Positions 1 to 8,983 are shown, counted from the stretch's first letter. The stretch is 34,130 bases of DNA from a virus (IMGVR_UViG_3300033067_001453:1-34130); one strand, 5' to 3'. The notes: generated by a model from the sequence alone, not told the origin. Numbers and translations: made by a program.

Positions 1-134
1 CACATTTTCTTCGCCTTCACCGGCCTCTCTGTGGCTGGATGCCGGGCCGACATGCACCTGCGGCAGATCCTGAACGGCGCGTCGTGCTTCTCGACGTTGA
101 TCTGGGCTTTGCAAGATGGGCAGGTGAAAGTCAT
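1..134 (-). CDS. Small zinc-ribbon protein, truncated by window edge
   Basis: Read by hand from ATG at 134: MTFTCPSCKAQINVEKHDAPFRICRRCMSAR...; two CxxC pairs; directly follows the 143-415 gene. Confidence 0.55.
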   Translation of the reverse strand, partial: MTFTCPSCKAQINVEKHDAPFRICRRCMSARHPATERPVKAKKM

Positions 135-142
135 GGCAGGGG

Positions 143-415
143 CTAGAAAACCCCCTCCAACGGATCAACGCCGGTCTGCGCCTTTGCCCTGGCCACGAGC
201 TGGTCGGCCTCACGGCCCAGCACCACCATGCGCAGGGCCAGCAACGCCTCCTGCGTGATCGTCTGCTTGCCACGCTTTCTGTTATGGAGGCATTCGTAGC
301 GCACACCGAGGGCATCTGTGAGTTCTTTGTATGAGAGACCGGATCTGCTGAGTAGAACGTTGTACTCCCGCACCATCTCTGGCTGTTTGTCGAGGACTGG
401 GTTGCGTTGTTTCAT
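143..415 (-). CDS. XRE-like helix-turn-helix protein with C-terminal tag (VDPLEGVF)
   Basis: LSRSGLSYKELTDALGVRYECLHNRKRGK HTH pattern; start moved to ATG 415 (ATGA overlap with upstream stop). Confidence 0.7.
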   Translation of the reverse strand: MKQRNPVLDKQPEMVREYNVLLSRSGLSYKELTDALGVRYECLHNRKRGKQTITQEALLALRMVVLGREADQLVARAKAQTGVDPLEGVF

Positions 416-600
416 TGTTGTGATTGTTCCTGGTTGTGGAGCGCGAACTCGTTGATCAGCGCGGCCATGCGGCCCTGCCACTCGTCCGGCATCCGGTGCA
501 TGGCCTCCGGTGACATCTCATGCCACGCGGGGTCGTAGAACGCCAGGGCCAGCGCGTCCCGTCCCGGTGTCTTGTCGTCGTCAGGTGATGGGCTGTTCAT
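412..600 (-). CDS. Hypothetical protein
   Basis: Fits the chain of overlapping minus-strand genes. Confidence 0.6.
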   Translation of the reverse strand: MNSPSPDDDKTPGRDALALAFYDPAWHEMSPEAMHRMPDEWQGRMAALINEFALHNQEQSQQ

Positions 601-877
601 AAGATGACTTCTTCATTGCGTTAAAATTGATTTGGTCAATCAGGTTGGACGCGAACTTGTTTCTTTCATCCCTTGATCCTTCACCTGTGATTGCATTGAG
701 CGCGCTGAGAAGCATGTCGTCAGCTTTCAGAAGTGAAGTTGCCGGGAACGCCACAACAACCTTGCTGGGATCAACACATTCCACAGCGATAAAACCTTGT
801 TCGGTCATCCTGTCCCGCTCTGCTGGATCTAGAGTTCCAGTTGGAAAGAGGACGAGTTGTTTTGGTATTGTGTTCAT
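581..877 (-). CDS. Hypothetical protein
   Basis: ATGA overlap with 874-1320; 98 aa. Confidence 0.65.
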   Translation of the reverse strand: MNTIPKQLVLFPTGTLDPAERDRMTEQGFIAVECVDPSKVVVAFPATSLLKADDMLLSALNAITGEGSRDERNKFASNLIDQINFNAMKKSSYEQPIT

Positions 878-1320
878 GGCTTCGGAAGTTTGAAGAACAG
901 CTTGGCTGGCTTGGTGCCGATGACCTCAAGGTTGTACGAACCCGACGTGTCCACGTTGCCAAACACCGCAACCACCGGCCCTTTGCACGGCAGCTCCCAG
1001 CGCAGCACTCCTTGATTGCCTGTCTTGTGCAGGTTGGTCGTTGCACCGGTCCCGCAGTCAGTCTCAGAGGCAATGAGAACACCTACGCCCCTGCTGGTGT
1101 CGTAGTCCACACGGGCGAAGTCCAGATCCTCAAACCCGCACTCCACAGCCACATCAGGATGGATCGAGATGATGAGCTTTGGAGACACTTTCTTCCGTGC
1201 TGGCCTGATGCAGTAGACGAGCTTCTGGCCGTCCTTGAATCCTGCCGGGGGTGTGGATGGCACAAGTGACGGGGCTTCCATCATCGCGGCTTCGAGATCA
1301 TCGAGTTCCTGGGTGGTCAT
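874..1320 (-). CDS. Hypothetical protein
   Basis: 148 aa ORF with A/C-rich leader; TTGACA upstream at 1361-1356. Confidence 0.7.
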   Translation of the reverse strand: MTTQELDDLEAAMMEAPSLVPSTPPAGFKDGQKLVYCIRPARKKVSPKLIISIHPDVAVECGFEDLDFARVDYDTSRGVGVLIASETDCGTGATTNLHKTGNQGVLRWELPCKGPVVAVFGNVDTSGSYNLEVIGTKPAKLFFKLPKP

Positions 1321-1369
1321 GATTGTGTTTCTGACTTAATGTTATAATGATATATTGTCAACTGACTGC

Positions 1370-1666
1370 TTACTTGACGTTCACACTGCCGACCATGCTG
1401 TTGAACCGCTGCACCAGCGGCTGGTCAAGCTCGGAGACCCAGACATCATTCTCTTCGATGTAACGCCACGCCGCCTCGAACCGCTGCTGTGTCGGGTTCT
1501 TGCAGAAGCGCAGCATCAGCCGCTGGGCCTCCGTCCGAACCTGTTGCTCGTGGGTCTGGGTAAGGCCGATGTAGAGCTGCCGGGCTCCATAGATCACGAA
1601 GACGACGGCTGTGGCGAACAGGGCTGGCCCGAGGGCGGTGAAAGGGTCTGCGGGTGGTGGGTTCAT
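1370..1666 (-). CDS. Hypothetical membrane protein
   Basis: N-terminal hydrophobic segment ALFATAVVFVIYGA; ATGA overlap. Confidence 0.65.
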   Translation of the reverse strand: MNPPPADPFTALGPALFATAVVFVIYGARQLYIGLTQTHEQQVRTEAQRLMLRFCKNPTQQRFEAAWRYIEENDVWVSELDQPLVQRFNSMVGSVNVK

Positions 1667-1938
1667 TGTGGTTTGATGAGATTGCCGTGAGAATCAACGA
1701 AGGCTGTCTGTGGCACCGGTGTGTTGCAGAGCAGTTGCACCCATGCAGCCCCGAGTGGAGTTGTCCGATAGATGTTCTCCGCCCCCGGTCTGTCATCAGG
1801 CTCAATAGCTCCGCACTCCATCAAAATGGTTGCAGATTCAGAGGACACCATGCTCTGGGGTTCATATGCCCGGCATGAGACATGGCAGTGCAGAAGAAAA
1901 CTGACGGTGGCCGGGCAGCCAAGGGTTACTGAGTTCAC
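1663..1938 (-). CDS. Hypothetical protein
   Basis: Probable GTG start at 1938 overlapping upstream stop (GTGA). Confidence 0.6.
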   Translation of the reverse strand: MNSVTLGCPATVSFLLHCHVSCRAYEPQSMVSSESATILMECGAIEPDDRPGAENIYRTTPLGAAWVQLLCNTPVPQTAFVDSHGNLIKPQ

Positions 1939-2435
1939 GCGCACACCTCCTTCGCATACTGCTCGTGTGCCGACAACACGGCGTCCAGACTGTCCCGTGC
2001 AGCCGTCATCCGCTTCAACCATCCTGGACGGGTGGTCGAGGGCTGGATGCAGTCGATGACAGGCGGCAGCATGGAGGCTACCTTCTTAGCTGCCCGCATG
2101 TCCTTGATGGCGTCCTGCGGGCCGGCACCCATGGCGAGGATCACGTCGGGCCGGTGACGGCTGATGACCTGGCGCACGTGCTCCACGTTGTAGGCCGGAC
2201 GGCCTCCGCTGTCACCGATGGCCGGGCTGGTCGTCGAGGCGTGCTCGAAGATTGTGTGATGCGTTTTGAAGTGCTGGCCGAACACGGTCAGTAGGCGGGA
2301 GCCGGTGAGGTTCTTGGTGTAGAACAGGTGCCGGGCGATGACCTCGTGCCGTCTGTCGGGCTGACGGGAGAGGAGCTGGTGGAGGGCCGTGGGATCGGGA
2401 TGCCACGTGTTGGCGAGGAGGCAGAGGATTTTCAT
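1935..2435 (-). CDS. Uracil-DNA glycosylase-like fold protein, divergent
   Basis: TGSRL, RHRPDVILAMG and IQPS motifs in the order of the UDG-family tG-L / P-vi-lG / HPS motifs. Confidence 0.5.
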   Translation of the reverse strand: MKILCLLANTWHPDPTALHQLLSRQPDRRHEVIARHLFYTKNLTGSRLLTVFGQHFKTHHTIFEHASTTSPAIGDSGGRPAYNVEHVRQVISRHRPDVILAMGAGPQDAIKDMRAAKKVASMLPPVIDCIQPSTTRPGWLKRMTAARDSLDAVLSAHEQYAKEVCA

Positions 2436-2665
2436 TTGGCGGGTGCGGGCTTCAGCCAGTCTTTTTCAAGATCAGCAAGGTTGTTGATCACAATGTCGAT
2501 GGTCTTTTTGGACACCTTGCTCTGATCATGAATAAGCGCCACAAGGGCCTTTCGTGAAAGCCGTGTGCTGTTGATGGCCCTTGCTGCATTGCCAATCTGC
2601 ACAATGGCGGATGCGATGATTTCTGCCGGGACGGCTTCTGGTGGTTGTGTGATGTTTGTTTTCAT
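2432..2665 (-). CDS. Hypothetical protein
   Basis: 77 aa, overlaps both neighbours by 4 nt. Confidence 0.65.
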   Translation of the reverse strand: MKTNITQPPEAVPAEIIASAIVQIGNAARAINSTRLSRKALVALIHDQSKVSKKTIDIVINNLADLEKDWLKPAPAK

Positions 2666-2763
2666 TTGAGGATGCAGTAGGCAACGAACGCGAGAAAGGC
2701 ATACCCGGCGATCTGCACGGTGGCGTCAGGCCAGTTGTCGATGGTGGAGAGAATTGTGGTCAT
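2662..2763 (-). CDS. 33-aa membrane peptide (not in ORF track)
   Basis: MTTILSTIDNWPDATVQIAGYAFLAFVAYCILK; fills the gap exactly with ATGA overlaps at both ends. Confidence 0.6.
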   Translation of the reverse strand: MTTILSTIDNWPDATVQIAGYAFLAFVAYCILK

Positions 2764-2993
2764 GGACGGCGTGCCCCCAGCAGTTTCTTCAGCTTCCCCA
2801 ATATCCTGAACTCGTCGTTGGTGCTCCACGACTTCTCCACCAGCGCAGTGAGCGTGGCAAGGTCGGGGCGGGTGAGGACGACAGCCACGTCACCCTGCTG
2901 CAACGAGGCGCAGAGCTTGTCGAAGACCGACATGCCTGACGTGGTGGGCTGGCCGATGACGGCTGGCGGTATGGTGGGTTTCTTGTTCTTCAT
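2760..2993 (-). CDS. Hypothetical protein
   Basis: Preceded by AAACAGGAGA ribosome-binding motif. Confidence 0.65.
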   Translation of the reverse strand: MKNKKPTIPPAVIGQPTTSGMSVFDKLCASLQQGDVAVVLTRPDLATLTALVEKSWSTNDEFRILGKLKKLLGARRP

Positions 2994-3087
2994 GCTGTTG
3001 TCTCCTGTTTCATTTTATGTTTCTTCAATCTGCCGTGGTGCGGCACGGTGCCACGCGGCTGCGGTATTGTCAACACAGAAAGTGTGA

Positions 3088-3318
3088 TTATGACGTGTGG
3101 TCGTCCACAGGCTTGTTCAGCTCCGCGATCAGCGAGTCTGCGTAGCGCACGGAGCACTTCGCCAATGATGCTGGCATCCAGTCCCGCGACGTGTCGGCCA
3201 GCAGCCGCTCCATGGCCCGTGTGGCGATGTATGCGCGGACGGAGAGGCCGGTGCTGCTGCGTGGAGTCTCCGTGGTTAATGGCGAAGGGAACGCCGGGGC
3301 GTGGGGGTCGGTGGTCAT
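3088..3318 (-). CDS. Small phage protein (PAFP...GLS-R-Y-A...YAD-L type)
   Basis: PAFP / GLSVRAYIATRAM / RYADSLIAEL pattern common in phage accessory proteins. Confidence 0.7.
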   Translation of the reverse strand: MTTDPHAPAFPSPLTTETPRSSTGLSVRAYIATRAMERLLADTSRDWMPASLAKCSVRYADSLIAELNKPVDDHTS

Positions 3319-3542
3319 TGTGGCGTGGCCGGGTGGGTTTTCTTGACAAGATTGTACTTCTCCAATGTGTCATTATGCTGCCAAAACGCCCCGACGCTAA
3401 AAGAGAAGTGGACGATAACCAGCCCAATTAAAAGAACTGCTCCAGCCATGGCGCAGTCTTCATTTTTCTGGCTGACACCAATTGTGAGAACTGTGATGAC
3501 AACAGCCCATGGGATGAGCGAGAGTGTGACAATGATGGTCAT
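3315..3542 (-). CDS. Hypothetical two-helix membrane protein
   Basis: Two hydrophobic stretches; ATG 3542 overlaps upstream stop. Confidence 0.6.
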   Translation of the reverse strand: MTIIVTLSLIPWAVVITVLTIGVSQKNEDCAMAGAVLLIGLVIVHFSFSVGAFWQHNDTLEKYNLVKKTHPATPQ

Positions 3543-3754
3543 GGTGTGACAAGAGTGAGACATTCCTCGAAGAAGCAATGCGACAATGGCTCGGTGCTGC
3601 CGTCGTCGGTGAACCATATGCACTCCACAGAGTCATCATCGTCTCCGGCAGGCTCCTGCACCGTCATCTGCGGCCCTCCGCTGTTGAGGCGCACGATGTC
3701 GCCGCGTTTGAACCTGGGGGTGAACTCCTGTGTGGGTGTTGTTTGTGTGTCCAT
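3539..3754 (-). CDS. YodC/DUF2158 family protein
   Basis: FKRGDIVRLNSGGPQMTV...VECIWF signature. Confidence 0.8.
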   Translation of the reverse strand: MDTQTTPTQEFTPRFKRGDIVRLNSGGPQMTVQEPAGDDDDSVECIWFTDDGSTEPLSHCFFEECLTLVTP

Positions 3755-3761
3755 GGGTGGT

Positions 3762-3790
3762 GTTTTACAATGAGGGTGCTGTTATGTCAA
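3762..3790 (-). promoter_or_regulatory. Sigma70-like promoter, probably leaderless transcript
   Basis: TTGACA-17 bp-TAAAAC, 7 nt before ATG 3754. Confidence 0.55.
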
Positions 3791-3810
3791 TACAAAAAGT
3801 GTTATATGTC

Positions 3811-4563
3811 TTACCAGATGCCGGCAAGGGGGTCTAAAACAAAACGCCCGCCGAACAGATGACGTGTGCGCTTCTGGCCGGTTCTGCTGCTGCCGGTTGC
3901 ACCCATGCCCTTTGCACGTTCATGGAATGTCTTCCCTTCTTTCTGAAGCTTTGCCACCAGCTCGCCCACCGGGGTGTTGAGAGAATAAAGGTAGAGCCTG
4001 CAATAGTCCACGTTCTCCATGCGTGCAATCTGTGTGAGCGTGCGGAGTTCACCTTTCCACTCATATTTGATGTTTGACCGTTTGTTTGAACTTTGCTCAT
4101 CCCGTGTGGCCCAGACGCAGTTTTCTTTGGAATATCCCTTGTTGTTGTCCTTGCGTTCAAGTGAATGATCAGGGCTGGGCCGTGGCCCCATGTCCTCTGA
4201 AAAAATGTCAAAGTTATCCCGCCACTCGGCGGACACCCCAATGCCGCGAGACCCATAGTGTTTGAACGACGGATGCTTCTTGTTGTAGCACCTTGTCTTC
4301 ATGGTCTGCCAAATAACATAAACCGGGTTTTTGGATGAATGAAGAACCCCGTCTGTTTTGGTGATCATCTCAATGCGGAGGCACCCACATGACTGCGATG
4401 CCCCACGCACAAGACTGCCGTAGAGAACATTGTCCTTGATGACGCCACAATCACACCTGCACTTCCAGCGTGACTGCCCTCTTGTCTGTCTTGGTGCCTG
4501 CTCGATCACGAGCCAGCGGTTGAACCGTCTTCCGGTGAGGTCATTGAATCGTGGGTGCGCCAT
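3811..4563 (-). CDS. HNH-type homing endonuclease with C-terminal tag (LDPLAGIW)
   Basis: DLTGRRF, WKCRCDCG, SCGC, YGSRGI, HSLERKDNNKGYSKENCVWAT motifs. Confidence 0.85.
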   Translation of the reverse strand: MAHPRFNDLTGRRFNRWLVIEQAPRQTRGQSRWKCRCDCGVIKDNVLYGSLVRGASQSCGCLRIEMITKTDGVLHSSKNPVYVIWQTMKTRCYNKKHPSFKHYGSRGIGVSAEWRDNFDIFSEDMGPRPSPDHSLERKDNNKGYSKENCVWATRDEQSSNKRSNIKYEWKGELRTLTQIARMENVDYCRLYLYSLNTPVGELVAKLQKEGKTFHERAKGMGATGSSRTGQKRTRHLFGGRFVLDPLAGIW

Positions 4564-4569
4564 ATGTAA

Positions 4570-4598
4570 TGTTTAACATGGAAACATATTAGTGTCAA
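4570..4598 (-). promoter_or_regulatory. Sigma70-like promoter for the HNH gene, probably leaderless
   Basis: TTGACA-17 bp-TAAACA with extended TGn, 6 nt before ATG 4563. Confidence 0.5.
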
Positions 4599-4912
4599 GA
4601 TAATGATATAATAGTTCTCTGGTTTGGGAGAAAAAATTCTGGTCAGGTGGACGTGGACTGCGCTCGTGGTTTCGAGGGCGGCCCCATGCCCCCGTGGTCC
4701 TTCAGCCTGCGCAGAGAAGTAGCACCCCCTGCCGTAGATCGGTAGCCACATGCAGCCCGGCTTCCCTTGCTTAGGTTCTACTCGTTCTACCAGTTGGATT
4801 CAGAATACTAACATCTGTTAATGTAGTATTACATACCACCAATATTTAATAATCGAAAGTAGCCGATTTACTTAATGTACTCATTCTCAACGAAGTAGCT
4901 ACGTAACTCCTA

Positions 4913-5482
4913 CTAAACGTCTATGATTGACTCCTCATTCTCATTTCCGAGAGGTGCAACTGACGCACCAGCGTAAGCCTGACAATTCACCGTAACTTGT
5001 GTGTCTCCGCCCCAATGGCCAGCTTTGGCCGCGATATCTGCGTAAACTTTGACGTGTGCGGGCTCCGTAGGCGCGAGATGGGGCTTTAGGCTACCGTCAC
5101 CTTCAAGACTCGATTTGAGCCCCTTGGTGCCAATCTGGAGCGCAAGGAGACGGGCTGCCTGCACTTCATCGGCAAAAGTGGCTGCGATTGCCCCCAAAGA
5201 AGCATTTTCGGCATCATTTTGCTCTTTTTGGGTGCCTTCGTGACTTAACGTGATTGCTTTGACGTGCTTCGATACTGCCCCTTGAGCACCTAGCACTTTT
5301 CGCCGTAGTCCGTGAGCTACTGCCCATGTCTTATCATCAGATCGGCGCTTCCTGATAGCCGTTTCTGCAATCTCATAGACTTCCGCGAGGTCTTTATCCG
5401 ATGTTCCTGCCATGCTGGCATTCCTCAAGGCTTCCCATGCGGCTTTACTGAGCTGTGGTTTGAATCGTTCTTTGGTGAGCAT
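4913..5482 (-). CDS. Probable terminase small subunit (N-terminal HTH)
   Basis: WEALRNASMAGTSDKDLAEVYEIAETAIRKRR...W resembles TerS N-terminal HTH; first gene of the leftward arm. Confidence 0.55.
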   Translation of the reverse strand: MLTKERFKPQLSKAAWEALRNASMAGTSDKDLAEVYEIAETAIRKRRSDDKTWAVAHGLRRKVLGAQGAVSKHVKAITLSHEGTQKEQNDAENASLGAIAATFADEVQAARLLALQIGTKGLKSSLEGDGSLKPHLAPTEPAHVKVYADIAAKAGHWGGDTQVTVNCQAYAGASVAPLGNENEESIIDV

Positions 5483-5726
5483 GGCGATAGTCTATCACAT
5501 TTGTCAACTATAAGCCGTAAAACGAGATCCAGGGCTTGCCGTAAAACGGTTCAACCGGCTTCCCTTTGACCTGGCCTCCCGCTTCAATCTCAGAGCTGGC
5601 CACCACTGCCCAAGATTCGCCCTTCCAAACGTCCCAACTCTCAGCTTGCTATTCCTCCAATGTGCTGGCGTGCGGGGCCATAAAACGAGAACCCAGCCCT
5701 TCTCCGTAAAACCTGATATAATAAGA

Positions 5727-5869
5727 TTAACATATCCTTAGTGACACCCTGCCACCCTAAAACGGCCAGTCGCTCTCCCTTTGTACTTTTTTTTTCCTCT
5801 CTATTTTTTCTCTCACGTTAACCCAATTCAGCTAAATGTCTGTCCAAGGTGTCACTTAAGATATATTAA
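5727..5869. repeat. 25-bp imperfect inverted repeat around a pyrimidine tract; candidate replication origin
   Basis: 5727-5751 TTAACATATCCTTAGTGACACCCTG vs 5845-5869 CAAGGTGTCACTTAAGATATATTAA (21/25 complementary) in an AT-rich gene-free gap. Confidence 0.55.
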
Positions 5870-6139
5870 CTAATTCTTCAATCTTCATAAATCACTGGTT
5901 CTCAGTAGTTTGGGATATATAAAATAAAGTAACTACATAACCCCTTTTAGTGGTGCCACCTTATAATGTCATGTGGCATGGTGGCATATATTTTAACCCC
6001 CATTTTCATTTTTGGTATGGTCTAATATCAGTCTGGTTGTTTTGACATATTGCCATGTTCCACGTTGGAAAAGTGACATAATAAAAAGCAAGATTCTGTG
6101 GTGTAATTGGCTCAAAACGTGCCATAATTTTACTCACTT

Positions 6140-6643
6140 ATGAAAACTCAGCATCCTCAAACATCCCCTACGACCATCTACATGGCACTCTGTCTGCTCG
6201 TCAAAGCTCACCAGGTCAAAGTTTTGGCCGGTCTGTCCAACAGGATGGACAACCACACAATTGAGATTCAGCGGTTCTGTCATGCTCACATCTTGCAAGG
6301 CGGTGAACTCGACTCAGATGCAACATTCAGTTTTGAGTTGTCCAACGTGCGGAAACTCGTCTTCAAGGTGGATCATGAGCACAAGAATCCCCATGTCTAC
6401 AGTCGGCACCTTGTGACGGTTCACCCGGCCCCCAAGTCGGTCTACGGTTTTACCGTCGCTGCGGAAGGTGGCGGGAACCGAGACTTGGCAGGGAAAGGGA
6501 AATATCACTTCGCACTTGTCTCCCACTTCACACACCAGCTCCGGGCAGACGCTCCGGTTGACTGGGAAGCGCCCGACTTGCACATTCCCACGTTTTACAC
6601 GGGCCCGGAGGAAATGGCAGACCCGCTTGAGGGTGTCTGGTGA
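6140..6643 (+). CDS. Hypothetical protein with C-terminal tag (ADPLEGVW)
   Basis: 167 aa ORF, first gene of the rightward arm. Confidence 0.75.
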   Translation: MKTQHPQTSPTTIYMALCLLVKAHQVKVLAGLSNRMDNHTIEIQRFCHAHILQGGELDSDATFSFELSNVRKLVFKVDHEHKNPHVYSRHLVTVHPAPKSVYGFTVAAEGGGNRDLAGKGKYHFALVSHFTHQLRADAPVDWEAPDLHIPTFYTGPEEMADPLEGVW

Positions 6644-6684
6644 TCTCCTTCACACGGTAAAACATCAAATTGTAAAATAAGTCA

Positions 6685-6713
6685 TTGACTAATTCATGGA
6701 CATGCTCCATACT
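6685..6713 (+). promoter_or_regulatory. Early sigma70-like promoter
   Basis: TTGACT-17 bp-CATACT. Confidence 0.55.
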
Positions 6714-6862
6714 GTACACGTTGCCACAAGGCACCACGTGGAAAGTAAAAGCCGGAGCCCCTCACACCAGAGCAGGCCGCACGTGAAGCGAGAAAACGAG
6801 AAACCCGTGCTTTGCCATGGGGGCAGTTCACAACAAAAATCAACCTGCCCCCTATTCAAAAC

Positions 6863-7090
6863 ATGGAAACAGCATCATACCTTCAGGAAATCGCCACCCG
6901 CAACAAAGGCAGGGTGGCAAAAGTGTACAACGACAAGCTTGGTTATGGCATCGTTCAGACTTCACGAGGCTTTGAGATATACAACGAGTTCGGGTACGCC
7001 GGAGCCCGTGCCACCTTGGAAAAGGCGGTTGCTGAATACGACAGAATGGAAACGGGTAACGCCGCCTTCTGCCATGCACACGGATGCTAG
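6863..7090 (+). CDS. Early hypothetical protein
   Basis: METASYLQE... start after hairpin 6819-6852. Confidence 0.65.
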   Translation: METASYLQEIATRNKGRVAKVYNDKLGYGIVQTSRGFEIYNEFGYAGARATLEKAVAEYDRMETGNAAFCHAHGC

Positions 7091-7139
7091 GGCAATTTGC
7101 CACAAGGCAGACAGAGAAACAGGAAACCACATAAAGAAC

Positions 7140-7430
7140 ATGAACACTAATAAGACAGAATGGCAGGCCTCGGATCAAAGCAAAGCCGAGTACATGGGCA
7201 TAATTGAGATTGAAGACAACAAAGGAGAATTTCACATTTTTGAAATTCTCTTGATCCCAAACGACCGCTATTTGTTCGGGGGAGCCTGCAACGCGGGCTT
7301 TCTTGAGAGCGGGTACATGAAGCTGGAAAATGAGTCTGGCGAGTTTGAGGAGCTACTCGCGGAGCTGGCATGCTACTATGATGACGGGCCTGGCTACGCA
7401 CCACGCCTGGTTTGTAATGATCGTATGTAA
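7140..7430 (+). CDS. Early acidic hypothetical protein
   Basis: MNTNKTEW... start after AAACAGGAAAC; upstream part of the tracked ORF overlaps another gene. Confidence 0.7.
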   Translation: MNTNKTEWQASDQSKAEYMGIIEIEDNKGEFHIFEILLIPNDRYLFGGACNAGFLESGYMKLENESGEFEELLAELACYYDDGPGYAPRLVCNDRM

Positions 7431-7437
7431 ACAAACC

Positions 7438-7550
7438 CCTCCCCGCAGCCGCCGCCATACGGGTCTATGAAACCTGTCCCGGCGATTGAGGGGAGGCGTT
7501 CACAACGAATGCCGACAAAGCAGAGAACAAACTAAAAACAGGAGACAGAC
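7438..7550 (+). repeat. Early intergenic stem-loop element
   Basis: CCTCCCC/GGGGAGG-closed long stem, loop CTATGAA, then GGCGTTC/GAATGCC hairpin and AAAACAGGAGA. Confidence 0.75.
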
Positions 7551-7808
7551 ATGAGCCTTAAATCAGCATTGGAAAAAGAGCTGCCTAAAACGTCACGCGA
7601 CTGGCAGGGGAGAGAACAGGCCATCTTCTACCCTAAGGGGCAGATTGTGGCACGGTGCGAATCAGTTGTGCTGATCCGTCAGACGAAAAAACGGTTTGCT
7701 GTGGTCTATGACCTGCAAACCAAAAAAGACCTTTCCCGAGAATCCGCGCTTATGGAGTTCGGGGAATGCTGCCTGCATCAGGCATCTTGTGAAGGTCTTT
7801 GCGATTGA
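7551..7808 (+). CDS. Early hypothetical protein
   Basis: AGGAG 6 nt before ATG. Confidence 0.75.
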   Translation: MSLKSALEKELPKTSRDWQGREQAIFYPKGQIVARCESVVLIRQTKKRFAVVYDLQTKKDLSRESALMEFGECCLHQASCEGLCD

Positions 7809-7875
7809 CGCTCAACCACTGCCCCAGGGGGCCTAGCACCTAGCCAGTGCTCCCCCGATGGGGCAGGATTGAACG
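7809..7875 (+). repeat. Early intergenic stem-loop element
   Basis: CTGCCCCA/TGGGGCAG and AGCAC/GTGCT stems, loop CTAGCCA. Confidence 0.65.
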
Positions 7876-7926
7876 CCACAAAGGCGGGACGGGTAAAAGG
7901 GAACACAAACTAAAACAGGAATCAGC

Positions 7927-8364
7927 ATGAAAACGAAAATGACAAAAGACTGTGAAAACTTTCTCGAAACCCTTCTTTGGGCATTGCCTGAAGACGAGCC
8001 GGAAGAAGTGCGCGAAGCAACGATCTATGATTTCTCCCCCGAATTCATCGCAGGGGTTGAGTCGTTTATCAGCGGCTTTCGTAAATTCGCCAGCGAGAGA
8101 AACCCGGAAGCATTGGGGCAGGCAGACGAGAGCCCCCGTTCATTCGGTGGAAACGTCTACTACAGTCTCTCCGGCCGTGGGGTCGGTTTCCGGGATGATG
8201 AAGAGACAGAGGCAATGCAGCCATTGCTAGAAGAGTACAGCGGGCGGGAATACCGGTTTGAAGATCTTGGAAGCAGTTTGAGCTTTCGGGAAGACGGGAA
8301 GCTGGATCTTTCTTTCATCCCTTCAGCCATTGACGAGTACCGGGCTAAAATGTTCAACCGTTAA
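7927..8364 (+). CDS. Early acidic hypothetical protein
   Basis: AAAACAGGA leader; FLETLLW...ATIYDFS...GRGVGFRD pattern seen in phage early proteins. Confidence 0.75.
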   Translation: MKTKMTKDCENFLETLLWALPEDEPEEVREATIYDFSPEFIAGVESFISGFRKFASERNPEALGQADESPRSFGGNVYYSLSGRGVGFRDDEETEAMQPLLEEYSGREYRFEDLGSSLSFREDGKLDLSFIPSAIDEYRAKMFNR

Positions 8365-8367
8365 GCA

Positions 8368-8479
8368 GACACTTCCCCATTGCCCCCTCATGTGGCCTCG
8401 CAAGCCACCCAGGGGACAAAGGGGAGGCGTTCAACAGTGAATGCCGACAGGAAACAACACTAAAACAGGAGATACCATG
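8368..8479 (+). repeat. Early intergenic element, near-identical to 8877-8983
   Basis: GACACTTCCCCATTGCCCCCTC...GTGGC-CTCGCAA-GCC...GGGGAGGCGTT...GAATGCCGACA...CTAAAACAGGAGA. Confidence 0.9.
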
Positions 8480-8875
8480 ATAACCACACAACGTAAAACG
8501 TACACACAAAACGGAATCGAGTACAATGAACCAGAGATCCCTGCGGGCTTTGTGGTCATTGATTCTTATACCCCGCATTCGTGTCCATGGGACTGCTACG
8601 GCAACCGACATTTGCGCGAGTGTTCCAATGTAATGACGGAAGCAGGCATTGAATATGCCGCGCTTGTCACACACCGCCGTGTCTGTGCTCCATTCCCATC
8701 AGGCCCTAATGGCCGCGTACGGTTTGGTGACGACATGATGCCGGGGGTGTACCGGCTTGCGGTGCCATCGGCGGAAGCAGAGAACGCAAGCAAAGCATTG
8801 ATGGGCCATCGGGCAGACGTGAAAGCGTGGATTGATGGCAAACGCGGCATGCCTAAAGCTTGCTGCCCTTATTGA
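8477..8875 (+). CDS. Early hypothetical protein
   Basis: ATG 8477 follows AGGAG; flanked by the two direct-repeat elements. Confidence 0.75.
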   Translation: MITTQRKTYTQNGIEYNEPEIPAGFVVIDSYTPHSCPWDCYGNRHLRECSNVMTEAGIEYAALVTHRRVCAPFPSGPNGRVRFGDDMMPGVYRLAVPSAEAENASKALMGHRADVKAWIDGKRGMPKACCPY

Positions 8876-8876
8876 T

Positions 8877-8983
8877 GACACTTCCCCATTGCCCCCTCCT
8901 GTGGCCTCGCAAGCCGCCCAGGGGACAAAGGGGAGGCGTTTACAACGAATGCCGACAAGGAAACTAAAACAGGAGACACCATG
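8877..8983 (+). repeat. Early intergenic element, near-identical to 8368-8479
   Basis: Direct repeat of about 110 bp. Confidence 0.9.
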
